64,000 nucleotides of DNA from Prasinococcaceae sp. CCMP 1430 (Eukaryota; Plantae; Prasinodermophyta), in contig RQSC01000028.1 in assembly GCA_013416795.1 (NCBI GenBank), positions 1,038,219-1,102,218 on the forward strand. Direction: 5' to 3'. The notes under the pieces were generated by a model. It saw nothing but the letters and a program-made list of their open reading frames with translations. It was not told the DNA's origin and made no database searches. Below, piece after piece: positions 22,587 through 33,079 of the stretch. The translations under genes and the position numbers were made by a program. Numbering within the stretch: the first letter of the stretch is position 1; every line of letters starts with the position of its first letter.

Positions 22587-23858
22587 ATGGCGGCGCCTCC
22601 TCAGTGGATGTCGCCCGTCGCGGAGGAAGAGCGGCTCGCATCTCGCCTGTCCGCATCGCGCCTACGCGCGGGCGACGGCTCTTGTGAGCACCTCGATGCT
22701 CCTGGGGAGCGCGTGTACGACGAGAGCCACGTCATTGCGCGGCTGCGCGCTGCGCGCGGCGCCGACATTGCTTATGACGACGACGACGACCGCGTGGCTG
22801 TGTGGGAAGTCCAGGAGGCACCGTTGCGACGCGCGCGCACTGCGGCGAGCGCGCGCCTTCGAGCTATTCGCCGTGCGGAGGCGCTCGAGCGCGTTGGCGG
22901 ACCAATGGGCGCAGGCCCTGAAGACACTGTCGCGAGGCAACGCAGCAACGTGGATATGTTCGGAATTCGTCGCGGGCGCATGGAGGCGCGTTTCGGGTTC
23001 CCCACGAACAAGCACTCGGGGCTCGCCAAGCATGATCCTGTGGACACAACGTGCGTGGGTTTCTTGGCTCCGCGCGTGCATGAGCTTCGTGCGGCCGTCA
23101 CAATCAGAGACGATGACGGAAACGAGGTGACCATCGACCTGCGGCGCTTCTGCGCGCGCTGCGGATACCCGCACGACATGCACGAGTCTGAGGCCGAGGC
23201 CGGTGGGCACGAAGTCAAGGCGGGCCGAACGCGCATCGAGCACACTCGAGAGCGTCTGCAGGGCTGCACGACGGGCAGCGTGGCGGGCAGCGCTGGCTCT
23301 CTCGCGGCGACGCCGCCATCGCTCGCGGAGGTGCACGCGATGGGCGTGCGGGAGCTGCGGGAGCTGCTGGCGGCCGACAGCGTGAGCTGCAAGGGCATCA
23401 CTGAGCGCTCTGAGCTGCTCAGCAAAGCTATCACCGTGGTGCTTTCCGCTTGCCCCTGCACCTCGAGGTCTTCACGCGAGGTGAAGAGGCAAGCGCACGG
23501 TGACGTGTCCGGCGAGGACGACGCGTGGACGTACGTGCAGGGCTCGGACAATCACGACCCGGGCTACTGGCACAACCGCCTCACGGGCGAGCAGACGTGG
23601 AATGGTCCCTCCAAATGCCCCCCGGCGTGCCCGACGGCGCTGGTGGCTGGAGCGGGGGGAGCGCGGGACCCGGCGCAGACTGCTATGCCTGCTTTACCTA
23701 CTCCGTCCGAGGTCTTGTCGATGAAGGTCAGGGAACTCAAGGCTCTACTAGTTGCGAACGGCGAGCGCGTCAAGGCCGCGGGTGCCACTGAGAAACGCGA
23801 GCTCGTGGAGGCCGCAATGAGCGTTGTGCTGCGCAAGCGTTACGTGGCTGTCAGGTAG
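22587..23858 (+). CDS. Protein with a Cys/His cluster, two ARMET-C/SAP-like motifs and a WW domain
   Basis: CARCGYPHDMH; AMGVRELRELLAADSVSCKGITERSELL; WTYVQG...GYWHNRLTGEQTWNGP (WW); SMKVRELKALLVANG...GATEKRELV. Confidence 0.7.
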   Translation: MAAPPQWMSPVAEEERLASRLSASRLRAGDGSCEHLDAPGERVYDESHVIARLRAARGADIAYDDDDDRVAVWEVQEAPLRRARTAASARLRAIRRAEALERVGGPMGAGPEDTVARQRSNVDMFGIRRGRMEARFGFPTNKHSGLAKHDPVDTTCVGFLAPRVHELRAAVTIRDDDGNEVTIDLRRFCARCGYPHDMHESEAEAGGHEVKAGRTRIEHTRERLQGCTTGSVAGSAGSLAATPPSLAEVHAMGVRELRELLAADSVSCKGITERSELLSKAITVVLSACPCTSRSSREVKRQAHGDVSGEDDAWTYVQGSDNHDPGYWHNRLTGEQTWNGPSKCPPACPTALVAGAGGARDPAQTAMPALPTPSEVLSMKVRELKALLVANGERVKAAGATEKRELVEAAMSVVLRKRYVAVR

Positions 23859-23922
23859 GGAAGACTTGTGTGTAGGACCTGCACATATTGAATCATTCAT
23901 GAATTGCGCATTGCGGCAGTAT

Positions 23923-25632
23923 TCAGCTCGCCTCGGGTTCGCTTTCCCCGCCAGAATCGTACGCCTCGGCATCGACGAGTGCCTCAGCGGCGGCTGCAAG
24001 CACCTTGGCCTCGCCGTCAGGAAGCTGCGCGAGCCCCGGTAGTAGCGGAGCGCCGCCTTGCACGACGGTCCTGGTACCAGAGTTTCCGGCCGTTTCATCG
24101 TCAGTTGCATGGACGGCAGCGCTCGCGCCCCTGTCGCCAGCGCCGAGCAGCGGAGTGGCGGTGGGCCTGCGTGTAGCGACGCCGAGCTTGTAGGCCGCAT
24201 GCGATGCTGCTCCATGCTCGGCGGCGGCGTGCATGCCCGCGCCGCGAATTTGCAGCTCGACGGTCATGCCCTCCACCACGAAGGTTGAGTGAAGCGCTTG
24301 GTAGCCAGAAGCTTTCGGCCGCGAGACGTAGTCCTTGGCTCGACCAGGCACCTCGTGCCATAGGTCGCGCGCGGCTGACATCGCAGCGTAGCACGCCGCG
24401 GCCTCGCCCTCAGGCGTGCTGGGGTTCGCGTCAAGTACCACTCGAATGCCGAGCAGGTCGCGTACACCCTCCGTACCGCGTCCGTCGCGCAGCAGCTTGG
24501 AAAACGTTGAGAAGAGGCCTTTGGCGCGTGCAGAGATGCGCGCTCGCGCTGTGGATTCCCGCACGGATGAGTCGGCGGCCAGGGCCGCTTCGAGCTCCGG
24601 GCGCGCGCGCCCGAGCACGGCCTCGCCCGCTGCCCATGCCTTGGCAACATCGCGCCACACGAAACGCACGCGCACACCGACGCAAGCGCTACAGGTGTCA
24701 GCCCTACGCCGCGCAGCGCGCGCTATGAACACACGCTCGCGCGGCGGCCATCCCTTGGCGCGCGGAGGAGGCACTCGCACGCGGGGCCAATGCCTCTCAG
24801 CGCTCGCGCACCTCGTCGAGCCACGCCGACACCGCCGTAAAGGACGTCGGGAAAAGCGCTCGAAACGCCGCGTCCTCGAGCTCCCACAGCGTGCCGCCGG
24901 CGCCAAGGGCGTGAGCGAGCGGCGCCGACACGAGCAGAGCCTCGAGAGCATCAGCCTGTGCGTGGGCGTCCGCGCCGCCTTTGTCCCCGCGGCGCACGGC
25001 CGCGCGCAGTCCGACGAGTCGAACGCACGCGTCCACGAGCACTGCCTTCGGGCTGCACGTCGCCAGGATGTACGCGCGCACAGCAGCGGCGCCCTGCTCG
25101 TTGAGAGCGTCTACGCGTCGTGGCGCGTCGCGGCAGCGCTCGCTCTCGTGGAGCAAGGCCGCGACTGCGGGCGACACGGCAGCCTCGACGTCGTCTGCTC
25201 CCAGCGCGCCCGCGTCGGACAGCGGCCGCAGCAGGGCGGCTGCGGATCCATCCTCACCGGCGCCTGCTTGTCTTGCGAGTGCAGCCGCGGCAGTACACGA
25301 GACTGGGACAGCCTCGAGCGAGTCGCCGCCACACGCTGCCACCGCGAGGCGTTGTGCCCGCTCGTGCACGCCCTCGCCCCCCGGCAACGCGCCCTCTTCC
25401 ACGCCCGCGTCCGCCTCTGTCTCGGAGTCTGCCTCCGCGCCCACCTCGACGCTCACCTCTGCGTCCGCCTCTATGCCTGCACTCGGGCTCGCTTTCGCCG
25501 CGTGCAGCGGCAGCGCCTCGCCCACAGCCGCACCCACGCCCGCGTCCTCCTCCCCACCAGCCCGTGCACCCGCCTCGGCGCCGCTCGCGCCCGTGCCCGC
25601 GCTGGCCCGTCCCGGGCGCCGCTGCTGCCGCC
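23923..25632 (-). CDS. CRSH: RelA/SpoT homologue of the CRSH/RSH4 type ((p)ppGpp synthetase); 5' end lies in the gap
   Basis: VAALLHESE, PLAHALG..ELED.AFR.LFP, intron 24640-24811, KLLRDGR..VRDLLGIRVVL, RAKDYVSRPKASGYQALH, ELQIR, ASHAAYK. Confidence 0.88.
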
Positions 25633-25732
25633 NNNNNNNNNNNNNNNNNNNNNNNNNNNNNNNNNNNNNNNNNNNNNNNNNNNNNNNNNNNNNNNNNNNN
25701 NNNNNNNNNNNNNNNNNNNNNNNNNNNNNNNN
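25633..25732. other. 100-N gap (typical placeholder of unknown size)
   Basis: Exactly 100 N. Confidence 1.
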
Positions 25733-25924
25733 TCACTCAAGCGTTGGTGGCGCATCTTCGGCGCCCTCCTCGTCGTCCTCCTCCGGCGGCGGCGCCGCGT
25801 CCGCGTCGAGCACCGTTTCGCGCAGCGCCTCGCCCTCCTCGAGGAAGAGCGCCTCGTCCTCGTCCTCCTCGTCCTCATCTCCCTCCATCAGCGGGTCCTC
25901 GCGTGGCGGCGGCTCCGAACCCAT
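25733..25924 (-). CDS. Acidic N-terminal exon of a gene whose body is missing in the gap (possibly SQT1/AAMP-like WD40)
   Basis: MGSEPPPREDPLMEGDEDEEDEDEALFLEEGEALRETVLDADAAPPPEEDDEE. It ends GTGA at the gap edge, a possible splice donor. Confidence 0.35.
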   Translation of the reverse strand: MGSEPPPREDPLMEGDEDEEDEDEALFLEEGEALRETVLDADAAPPPEEDDEEGAEDAPPTLE

Positions 25925-26619
25925 CGCTGCCTCCGCCCCTGCCTCCGCCGCCGCCGCGGGCCCCTGTGTGGCGCCCCCCGCGCGAGCGCGCGCGCGCGCC
26001 GGCGGCGGCTGAGAAGCCGCCGCAGGGCGCGCTTTTGCGCCCGCCACGGAAAATCCGGACTCCAAAATCTCTCCGGCAATTTCCCGATCGAGCGTTCTCA
26101 CACCACAAACGCGCGCAAACGCGCGGAAAATCCGTAAGTCGAAATGGGGGGACGCGCGGCGCGCGCCATTCTGCATCTAAATCCGTGTCATAGATAGCCA
26201 CGGGCGTGTCAAAAGACGACCACGCATCGACTCGGTGCGTTCAGCCTGCTGGCGCAGGCCGTTCGGGTTCTCAGTCAGGGCTCGCGGTCCCCTCTCGCTG
26301 CCGCGCGCGCGCGCGCGCGCGCGGCGCGCTGACCGGCCAACCGACCAACCGCGGACCCACGCGGCGCTTCAAACCTCTGTCTGTGTGTCTGTGTTGTAGC
26401 CACCCCGACAAGAGAGCTGCAATCTACCGTTGGGACCCTCTGTCTGAACGTCATGAGATGCGCGTCCGGCCCACGCAGCGTCAGCTCGGCGACGCGCGCG
26501 CGCGCGCGCGCTCGGGGAACGGACCAGGGAAGGGGGGAAGGGGGCACGTGGCGGTGTGTGTCTGTTCGCAACGTCTGTCGTTGTAGGCGAGATGGAGGTG
26601 TGAGGCGAGCTGGTGGAGG

Positions 26620-28290
26620 ATGGCGGATGCGGCGGAGGGCGGCAGCGGCCAGGGCAGCGGCGGTGGCGACGGCGCTGCACCCGACGTGGAGCTGAGACCC
26701 TCTGGGGCCGAACCGGTGGCTGAGGTTGCGTCCGACGGGGCCGATTCGGGCGATGACGCCGATGCGGTTCTGTCTGAGCTCGTGGAGGGCGTGCAGGAGG
26801 AAGCGGCGGCCACGTCCGTGCAAGCAGCATACCGCGGCTACCGCGTTCGCAAGACGCCGCTCAAGGAACGCAGCGTGCCCCCAGAGGACGCCGCCTCCGA
26901 CGGCGCCTCGTCACGCTCTGGGATCGCATCCGAAGCCGACTTGGCGGCGGAGGCGGAGGGAGCGCCCGTTCTGGACGGCGGCGCGCCGTCCGATGCAGAG
27001 AACGACACCCTCAGCGACTCAGACTCAGGCGTGGAGGGGAAGGAGGACGACGGCACTGCACTTAAGAGCTCGGGAATGGATTCCTTAAAGGAGGGGACAG
27101 TCGAACAGAGCGACAGTGGCCACGAGGCCGCCAAGCAGCTCGAGGAGGAAATGGAAGCCCCCGACGAGGTGCTCGCGCAGCTCGTCGATGAAGTCTCCAC
27201 GTACGATGCGCCGGAAGACACGGGCGGACATGAGGGGGAAAGCGTCGAGGACGACGCCCTCGCAGTCTCCGCGTACGATGCGCCGGAAGACACGGGCGGA
27301 CATGAGGGGGAAAGCGTCGAGGACGACGCCCTCGCTGTTGGCGCGGCCGCTGGAGCCAGCGTCGACGCTAGCGCCAATGCGTCTCTGCTCGCGGAGCTCG
27401 AAGACATGCGGCGAAGGCTGCGCGAGGCAGAAGCTGCATTGCAGGCGGACACTGCGATGGTGTCGGAGCTCGAGGAGACGAGGCGCGCAGCGCAGCGCGC
27501 AGAGGCTGTAGCCGAGAGCGCGTGTGAGGACCGCGCGAGGTTGCTCGAGGAGAACGAAGCGTTGCGGCACGAGCTCGCGCACTGGCGCGACCGCAGCGAG
27601 GAAGCCGAAGCCCAGGCGACCGAGGCGCGGCGCGACGCTGCCGAGCACCTTGAGCGTCTCGACGCCGAGCGGCGCGACGCTGCCGAGAACCTTGAGCGTC
27701 TCGACGCCGAGCGGCGCGCGCGGGCGCGCGACAGTGAGGCCGTCCGAGCTGTGCAGGAGCTTTCCGTGGCGGCTGAGTCCTCCACCGGCCAGTGGGCGCA
27801 GGAGCGGGCCAAGCTCAGAGGGCAGCTCCGACGTCTCCGGAGCGACGCTGAGCGGCACCGAACGGCAATGGCTGCCTATGCCAGCCAAGCAGTGCCGCTC
27901 AAGCACCAGCTCGACGAGCTGGTGGCGAGGCTTTGCCACGAATCAGACGTGTACGGCGCGAGTCCCGCGGTGGTCAACGCGTCGCTGCGCTCGCCCGAGA
28001 GGCAGGTGCCGATGCCGTCTCTGGCGGCACAGCTCACTCCGAGCTCGACATCCTCTTTGAGCGCGCTGCGCGAGCTGCGGGCGAGACGCAACCACGCCGT
28101 GGACGTGACCTCGGCGAACAAGGCTGTCAAGCTTCCAAGCGTGGCGAAAGTCAAGAACGACGGGCGCTACCGGACCACGCGGAGGCCGGCGTCGGCTGTC
28201 GCATCCTCGCTAGCGGCGGCGGCCAGCGACTTGCAAGAGAAGCGGAACGCGGCGATTCGTGAGATCAATCGCATTCGCCGCTTCTCGTAA
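26620..28290 (+). CDS. IQ-motif, acidic coiled-coil protein (556 aa)
   Basis: IQ motif ATSVQAAYRGYRVRK, an acidic disordered half and a long coiled coil. Confidence 0.75.
   Translation: MADAAEGGSGQGSGGGDGAAPDVELRPSGAEPVAEVASDGADSGDDADAVLSELVEGVQEEAAATSVQAAYRGYRVRKTPLKERSVPPEDAASDGASSRSGIASEADLAAEAEGAPVLDGGAPSDAENDTLSDSDSGVEGKEDDGTALKSSGMDSLKEGTVEQSDSGHEAAKQLEEEMEAPDEVLAQLVDEVSTYDAPEDTGGHEGESVEDDALAVSAYDAPEDTGGHEGESVEDDALAVGAAAGASVDASANASLLAELEDMRRRLREAEAALQADTAMVSELEETRRAAQRAEAVAESACEDRARLLEENEALRHELAHWRDRSEEAEAQATEARRDAAEHLERLDAERRDAAENLERLDAERRARARDSEAVRAVQELSVAAESSTGQWAQERAKLRGQLRRLRSDAERHRTAMAAYASQAVPLKHQLDELVARLCHESDVYGASPAVVNASLRSPERQVPMPSLAAQLTPSSTSSLSALRELRARRNHAVDVTSANKAVKLPSVAKVKNDGRYRTTRRPASAVASSLAAAASDLQEKRNAAIREINRIRRFS
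27193..27336 (+). repeat. 72-bp in-frame tandem duplication (2 copies, 2 mismatches)
   Basis: YDAPEDTGGHEGESVEDDALA appears twice. Confidence 0.95.
27628..27711 (+). repeat. 42-bp in-frame tandem duplication (2 copies, 1 mismatch)
   Basis: RRDAAEHLERLDAE followed by RRDAAENLERLDAE. Confidence 0.95.
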
Positions 28291-28419
28291 GAATCTCAGC
28301 AATGGAGTCAAAAATGGCCGGGGGCACAGCACGCTTACGCGACCGTTTCCGCGCACGAGAGCACGGGCGCAGGCAGCTGCGGGTGTCCCGGGCGAGCTTG
28401 CTAAGAGCGGCATCTCGAA

Positions 28420-29304
28420 TCAGCCAGCCATCTGCTTGATGCTGCGGTTGACGGCCCAGATTGGGATCGCCAGGCCCGATGCCAAGATGCAGAACGACGC
28501 GAGGCCAAACTTGAGGCCGCGGTTGCTGATGGTCGACAGGTCGTACATGTGTGGGCCTAGACGTGGGCGCGCAGGCGCGGGCGCGTGTCAGGAAATCACG
28601 TGCAACGCGATGCACAGGGGCGATTGAAGGGCACACTCGCGCCCCACAAACTCGGCGGCCGCGTATCTCCCGCAGGCGGGGCCGCGCGCTGCGCCACGCG
28701 CATCCGCGAGCGAGCGGGACGCGTACCGTGCAGGTAGTCGTACTTGTAACCCGGGGGAGCCTGTTCGCAGGCGCGCAAGGCGCACGGTCAGCACAGCGCA
28801 ACACAGTCGTCGGCGCCATGGGTGCAGGGTTTGCCCGCCTGCGCGGTCGCGCCGCGCTGTGCGACTCGCACATGGAGCGTAGCGCCCCCGCAGCGCATGG
28901 CAGTGGTGCCTCTTTTTTTTGTGCGCGCCGCAAGGATTTCCTTCCTTGCGCGACGGGGCGAGCGCGCCCGCAGCCACGTTCGGCATGTTTGACGCGCGCC
29001 ATGCCACTGCCGGCCGGGCGCATCTGCGCGCCCAAATGCAACGCGCAAGATGGTCCGCGGGCGCGCGCCACGGGCGGGGGGCGACGGCGGCCGTGTGTGC
29101 AGCTCGCCGCCGCCGCCGCTGCCCGCCTCTTGCGCCTTTAGGGTTGGCACATGGCAGCGGCATGGGTCGGCCGGCGAGCGCCGCAGCGGCGGCGGCGGCA
29201 GCGAGGGCGCGCGCGCTACGCACCCCGCACTTGGCCGCCGAGGTCTTGAGCCCGCGCGACAGGGCGGGCGCCGCCTTACGGACCGCCTGCGCGGCGAACG
29301 ACAT
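28420..29304 (-). CDS. 83-aa single-TM mitochondrial protein resembling cytochrome c oxidase subunit VIIc (yeast Cox8)
   Basis: Exons 29304-29224, 28760-28727 and 28556-28420, all with canonical GT-AG sites. Presequence MSFAAQAVRKAAPALSRGLKTSAAKCG; C-terminus FCILASGLAIPIWAVNRSIKQMAG. Confidence 0.6.
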
Positions 29305-29609
29305 GGCTGCCTGCGAGGGGCGCTGCGCGACCGCGCTGTGGCACCCCCTCCGCCGTGCGCCCACGCACGCACGCGAGGTGGACGCAAAATACGAAATACC
29401 AAAACTGTTACTTCGCATATGCTTTGTCCCCATTCCCCGTTCCGTTGAAGGCGCGTTCCGCGGAATGTTTCGCCTGCTGTGCGCTCTGCTGTATTTTCTT
29501 CTCTTCCGAATTGCCGCGACCGAAAGTGCAGCAGTGCATCAGATACTGAATGTACATGTTGAACAACTTACTGCACACGGTGGTGTGCGCACGCGCACCC
29601 CCGTGGCTC

Positions 29610-30592
29610 TCACGCGAGCCTGACGTCGCAGCCCAGGCTCCTCGCCGAGTGGATGAGCTCGACCGCCAGCACGTGCTTCCAAGACGGGTCGGCGACGTCC
29701 ACGAAGACGCGCTCGGCAGGAAGAGTGTTCACCCAGTTTCGCACTCTTCGTGGCACGGGTCCCCACAGCGTCAAACTCCGCTGTGGGTGAAAGAGGAAGT
29801 AGTCGAGTAGCGCCGACCGCTCCGCGCGCCGGCTGGCCCACAGGTGCGTGGCGCACGCAGCGAGCGTCACGTGCGTCCCCGTGGGTACCGCTCGGCACAC
29901 CTCGAGCATCTGCGAGACCATTTTTGCGTCGTATCCGAGAGGAAGTCCAGGTCCATGGGTCCACCCGAGGGACAAAGCAGCTGCTGGCCTGCTCTCGGTG
30001 CAGGCCGACACGAATCGGCTCGCGTCGAGCGGCGCCTGCGGTGGCGTCCCCGGGCCTTCCAGCACGTCGGCGTTGAGAAACACGGGCACGCGCTCCTGCG
30101 GGAAGGCGTCCGCAGGAAGATGCTCGCAGAGGGCGTCGAGCAGCGAGGGCAGCGCCGCCTCCTCCTTCACGTCTGGAACGGCCGCGCGCGAGGGGAAGGG
30201 CGAGGCGTCAGAGCGAGTGGGGCGCTCTCAGAGGTTGCGACTCTCGCGAGCTCGCTTGCTGCCATCATGCACGCACCAAGCTTGAGGCCGATGCGCCGGC
30301 CGCGTCCCGCGGCGACAGCTACCTCCTCGACCAGGCACGATGCCGGCAGGTCCGTCGCCCGCTCAGGAGGGTGGCAACAGATGGCGTGGGCGCCCTGCCC
30401 GGGGGCGGCCGCCGCAGGCGAGAGCTGGGGATCGACGGAGCACATCAGATCCGTCTCCACGTAGTGGACCCCGCTGCCCTCCGCGAGCGCATCGCGGAGC
30501 TCGCGTGCCGAATTCGTGCCGTGAGACCACGCTACCTCACGTGGCTGCGCCACGCCGACCGCCTCAGCGAGCGCGCCGGCGCTCGCCGCCAT
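29610..30592 (-). CDS. FAM151/menorin-family protein
   Basis: WSHGTNS, VETD, HPP..TD, GLKLDVK (across intron 30173-30276), VFLNADVLEGP, LSLGWT. Confidence 0.85.
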
Positions 30593-30907
30593 GCTTGTGA
30601 TCGTGCCGTGCGGCCCTCGCGGCGCGCGAGCAGCGCGGCGCACCCCGCCGCGCGGCGCATCATGACGCCCCCGGGCGCGCAGGCGGCAGCCCTGCGCGTC
30701 CGAGCAGGGCGCGGAGGGGGGAAGAGGGTGTGTGGGCGCCCTCCTCCGGCACCCGCGCGCTCAGTGGCACCAGCACCCCAGCACGTGCTGCGCTGCCCTA
30801 ACCGCACCTACGAACCTACATGCGTTTTGACCTCACTTCGAAAACTACATTGAATTTGACCTCCATGGATGTTGGAGCGCGACCTGCGTCAGACAGCGAG
30901 CGCTGCG

Positions 30908-30917
30908 CCCCCCCCCC

Positions 30918-30956
<39 letters not shown>
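30908..30956. repeat. Poly-C/poly-G tract (C10-T-C38)
   Basis: Read directly from the sequence. Confidence 0.95.
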
Positions 30957-31367
30957 TGCGCGCGCGCGGCGCGCGCGCAGTGTGCCAGGCGCCGCGCCGC
31001 GCCGCGTGCCCGCATCGCTGATAGCGACACCCGAAGTCCTCAGAAGGATGAGATAGCAGCGCACGCGCGCGCGCACGGCCGCACACACGCAACCACACGA
31101 ACGCGAATGCACGTGCGTGCACACGCGCGCGCGCCCAGCCCCATCCCCCGTGGTGCCCCTGCGGCGGGGGGGATGTGCTGTTCATACTGCGCACCGGGCA
31201 CTGCGCAGCGAAGCGCGTGCTGGCCGCACGTACGCCACGGCACAAAAAAGTCATTATTACACGCGCGAGCGAGGGCGCATGCCTCGCGCACTCGACACTA
31301 TGAACGCCGAGCGCACAAGGCAGGCCCTGTTGGTGCCACACACACAGCGCGAGGTCGGGAGTGTGAG

Positions 31368-32708
31368 CTACTTCGACGCGCCCATCTCCGTCTGCAGCTC
31401 GGCGCGCTCCGCGTCCACCGACCAGCACTTGCCGCCTCCATCGGGTGCCGCGACGTTGTCAAGCCGTGTGAGCAGGCTCGCCGCTCCAAGCGCCGAGCCC
31501 TGCGGCGACAGGCCCGCTGCGGCGTCTGCCCGCGCCGCCTCGCTCGCCCGCGCAGCGATCTGCTCGAGCGTCTCGCCTGTATACACGTCCACGCCGTCCA
31601 CGATGCCCACGCCGCGCCGCGCGCGCATCGCCTGCCTCGCAGCGTCCTTCTCGCCCTACGGCGCAGCAGCACCGCGCGCCGTGCGACAGGCGAGGGTGTG
31701 GGAGGCGCGTATCGTGCGTCAGCGCGCGCACGGCGAGAGGGTTTGGCCCTCGGCTCGGAGCGCTCGAGCGCGCGCGAGAGAGAGAGAGCGCACCTTGTAT
31801 TCGGACGGGCACTGCGCAAAGCACGGCACGAGCACGGCCTCGTCCTCCTCGAGCGGCGGGGGCTCCACGTTGAACTTCCACGAGCAGCTAAAGTCGTCGT
31901 AGTTCGGCTGTATGTGCATGGGCATGCCGAAGTCCTCGAAGAGCCACTCCTGCGAGGGCACCTTGCATGTGTTGACGCACACGCTGGCGCAGCCGGTCGA
32001 CTCGATGAAGCGGCAGCGCTCGGAGCGGATGGCCTGCGGCACGCGCAGCGTGTCCGGCAGGCCGAGCTTGCGCAGCGAGTCGGGTACGGGCACCTCCACG
32101 TGATCGATGCCCTCCATGGGGCCCATCAGCCACGGGAAGAGCGTGACGAACACCAGCACGAAGGCGTAGTTGGACAGCCACTGCGGCGCGTTGGGCTGGA
32201 TGAACTTCCTCCACAGCGGGATGACCCAGCCAATGCCGAGCTCGGGCAGGATGCCCATGAAGACGCGCTTGGCGCGCACCTGCACGTCGCGCGCGCTCCC
32301 TCGCATGTCGTTCACCTCGCGCACACTGGACATGAAGCCGTCGAACTCGGTCCACGGCCTCGGGTCGCGGTCGACGCCGACCTCGCGCACGAGCAGCTTG
32401 CGGATCGTCGCGATGAGCACCATGGAGATGGGGCTCGCGTCGATGCGCGAATAGTCAGGCATGCCGGTGGACGCGTCGATGGGCAGCGAGCCGTGCGTGA
32501 GCGCATCGCCGCGCCACGCCTTCGGCCCGCACGCCTTGGGCGCGTCCGGGGCGGCCTGCGCCGCCTGCGGCCGCCGCCGCCTCGTTGGCACGCACCCCGT
32601 CCTCGCGCGCCGCGTGGCCGCGTGGCGCGCCGAGCGAACCCCCCCCCCGCAATCAATCCTCTTCTCCTCACCGACAAATTCGCGCGGCGCGGCCGCAAAC
32701 CCGTTCAT
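31368..32708 (-). CDS. Beta-carotene isomerase D27-like protein
   Basis: LFPWLMGP, RCRFIESTGCASVCVNTCKVPSQ, GMPMHIQPNYDDFSC, PCFAQCP. Intron 31656-31793. The start is uncertain. Confidence 0.9.
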
Positions 32709-33079
32709 CACATCCCAATCGAAGAAACCCGCGCAGCGCGCAATCGCAATCACAATCTGCGATCCGCGTCGCGGGTGTCGTCGTGCGGATCGCGCGCCGC
32801 AGACGCTTCGCTGCCGCTTCCGCCCCTACGCACATCGCGACCACAGCCACTCCGACACATCACTTCCCAGGGCGGGGACACCGCAGGGTTTCATACAAAA
32901 ACCAATTTACTGTACATTCCATTGACCGTCGTAGCGCTCTCCGCGGCGCGTGGCGTTCGTTTTGGGGTTTACCCTAACTTTACGATACGCCGATGCGAGC
33001 CGATGCGAGCGCGGCGAGGCGCCGCACCGGAGAGCGCGCCGCGCCTGCCTCCTCACCCGCCCATGTGGTCACCCTCGCT

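Noticed and set aside
27193-27336. CRISPR-like repeats
   Set aside because: The copies are head-to-tail with no spacers, lie in frame within a CDS, and there are no cas genes.
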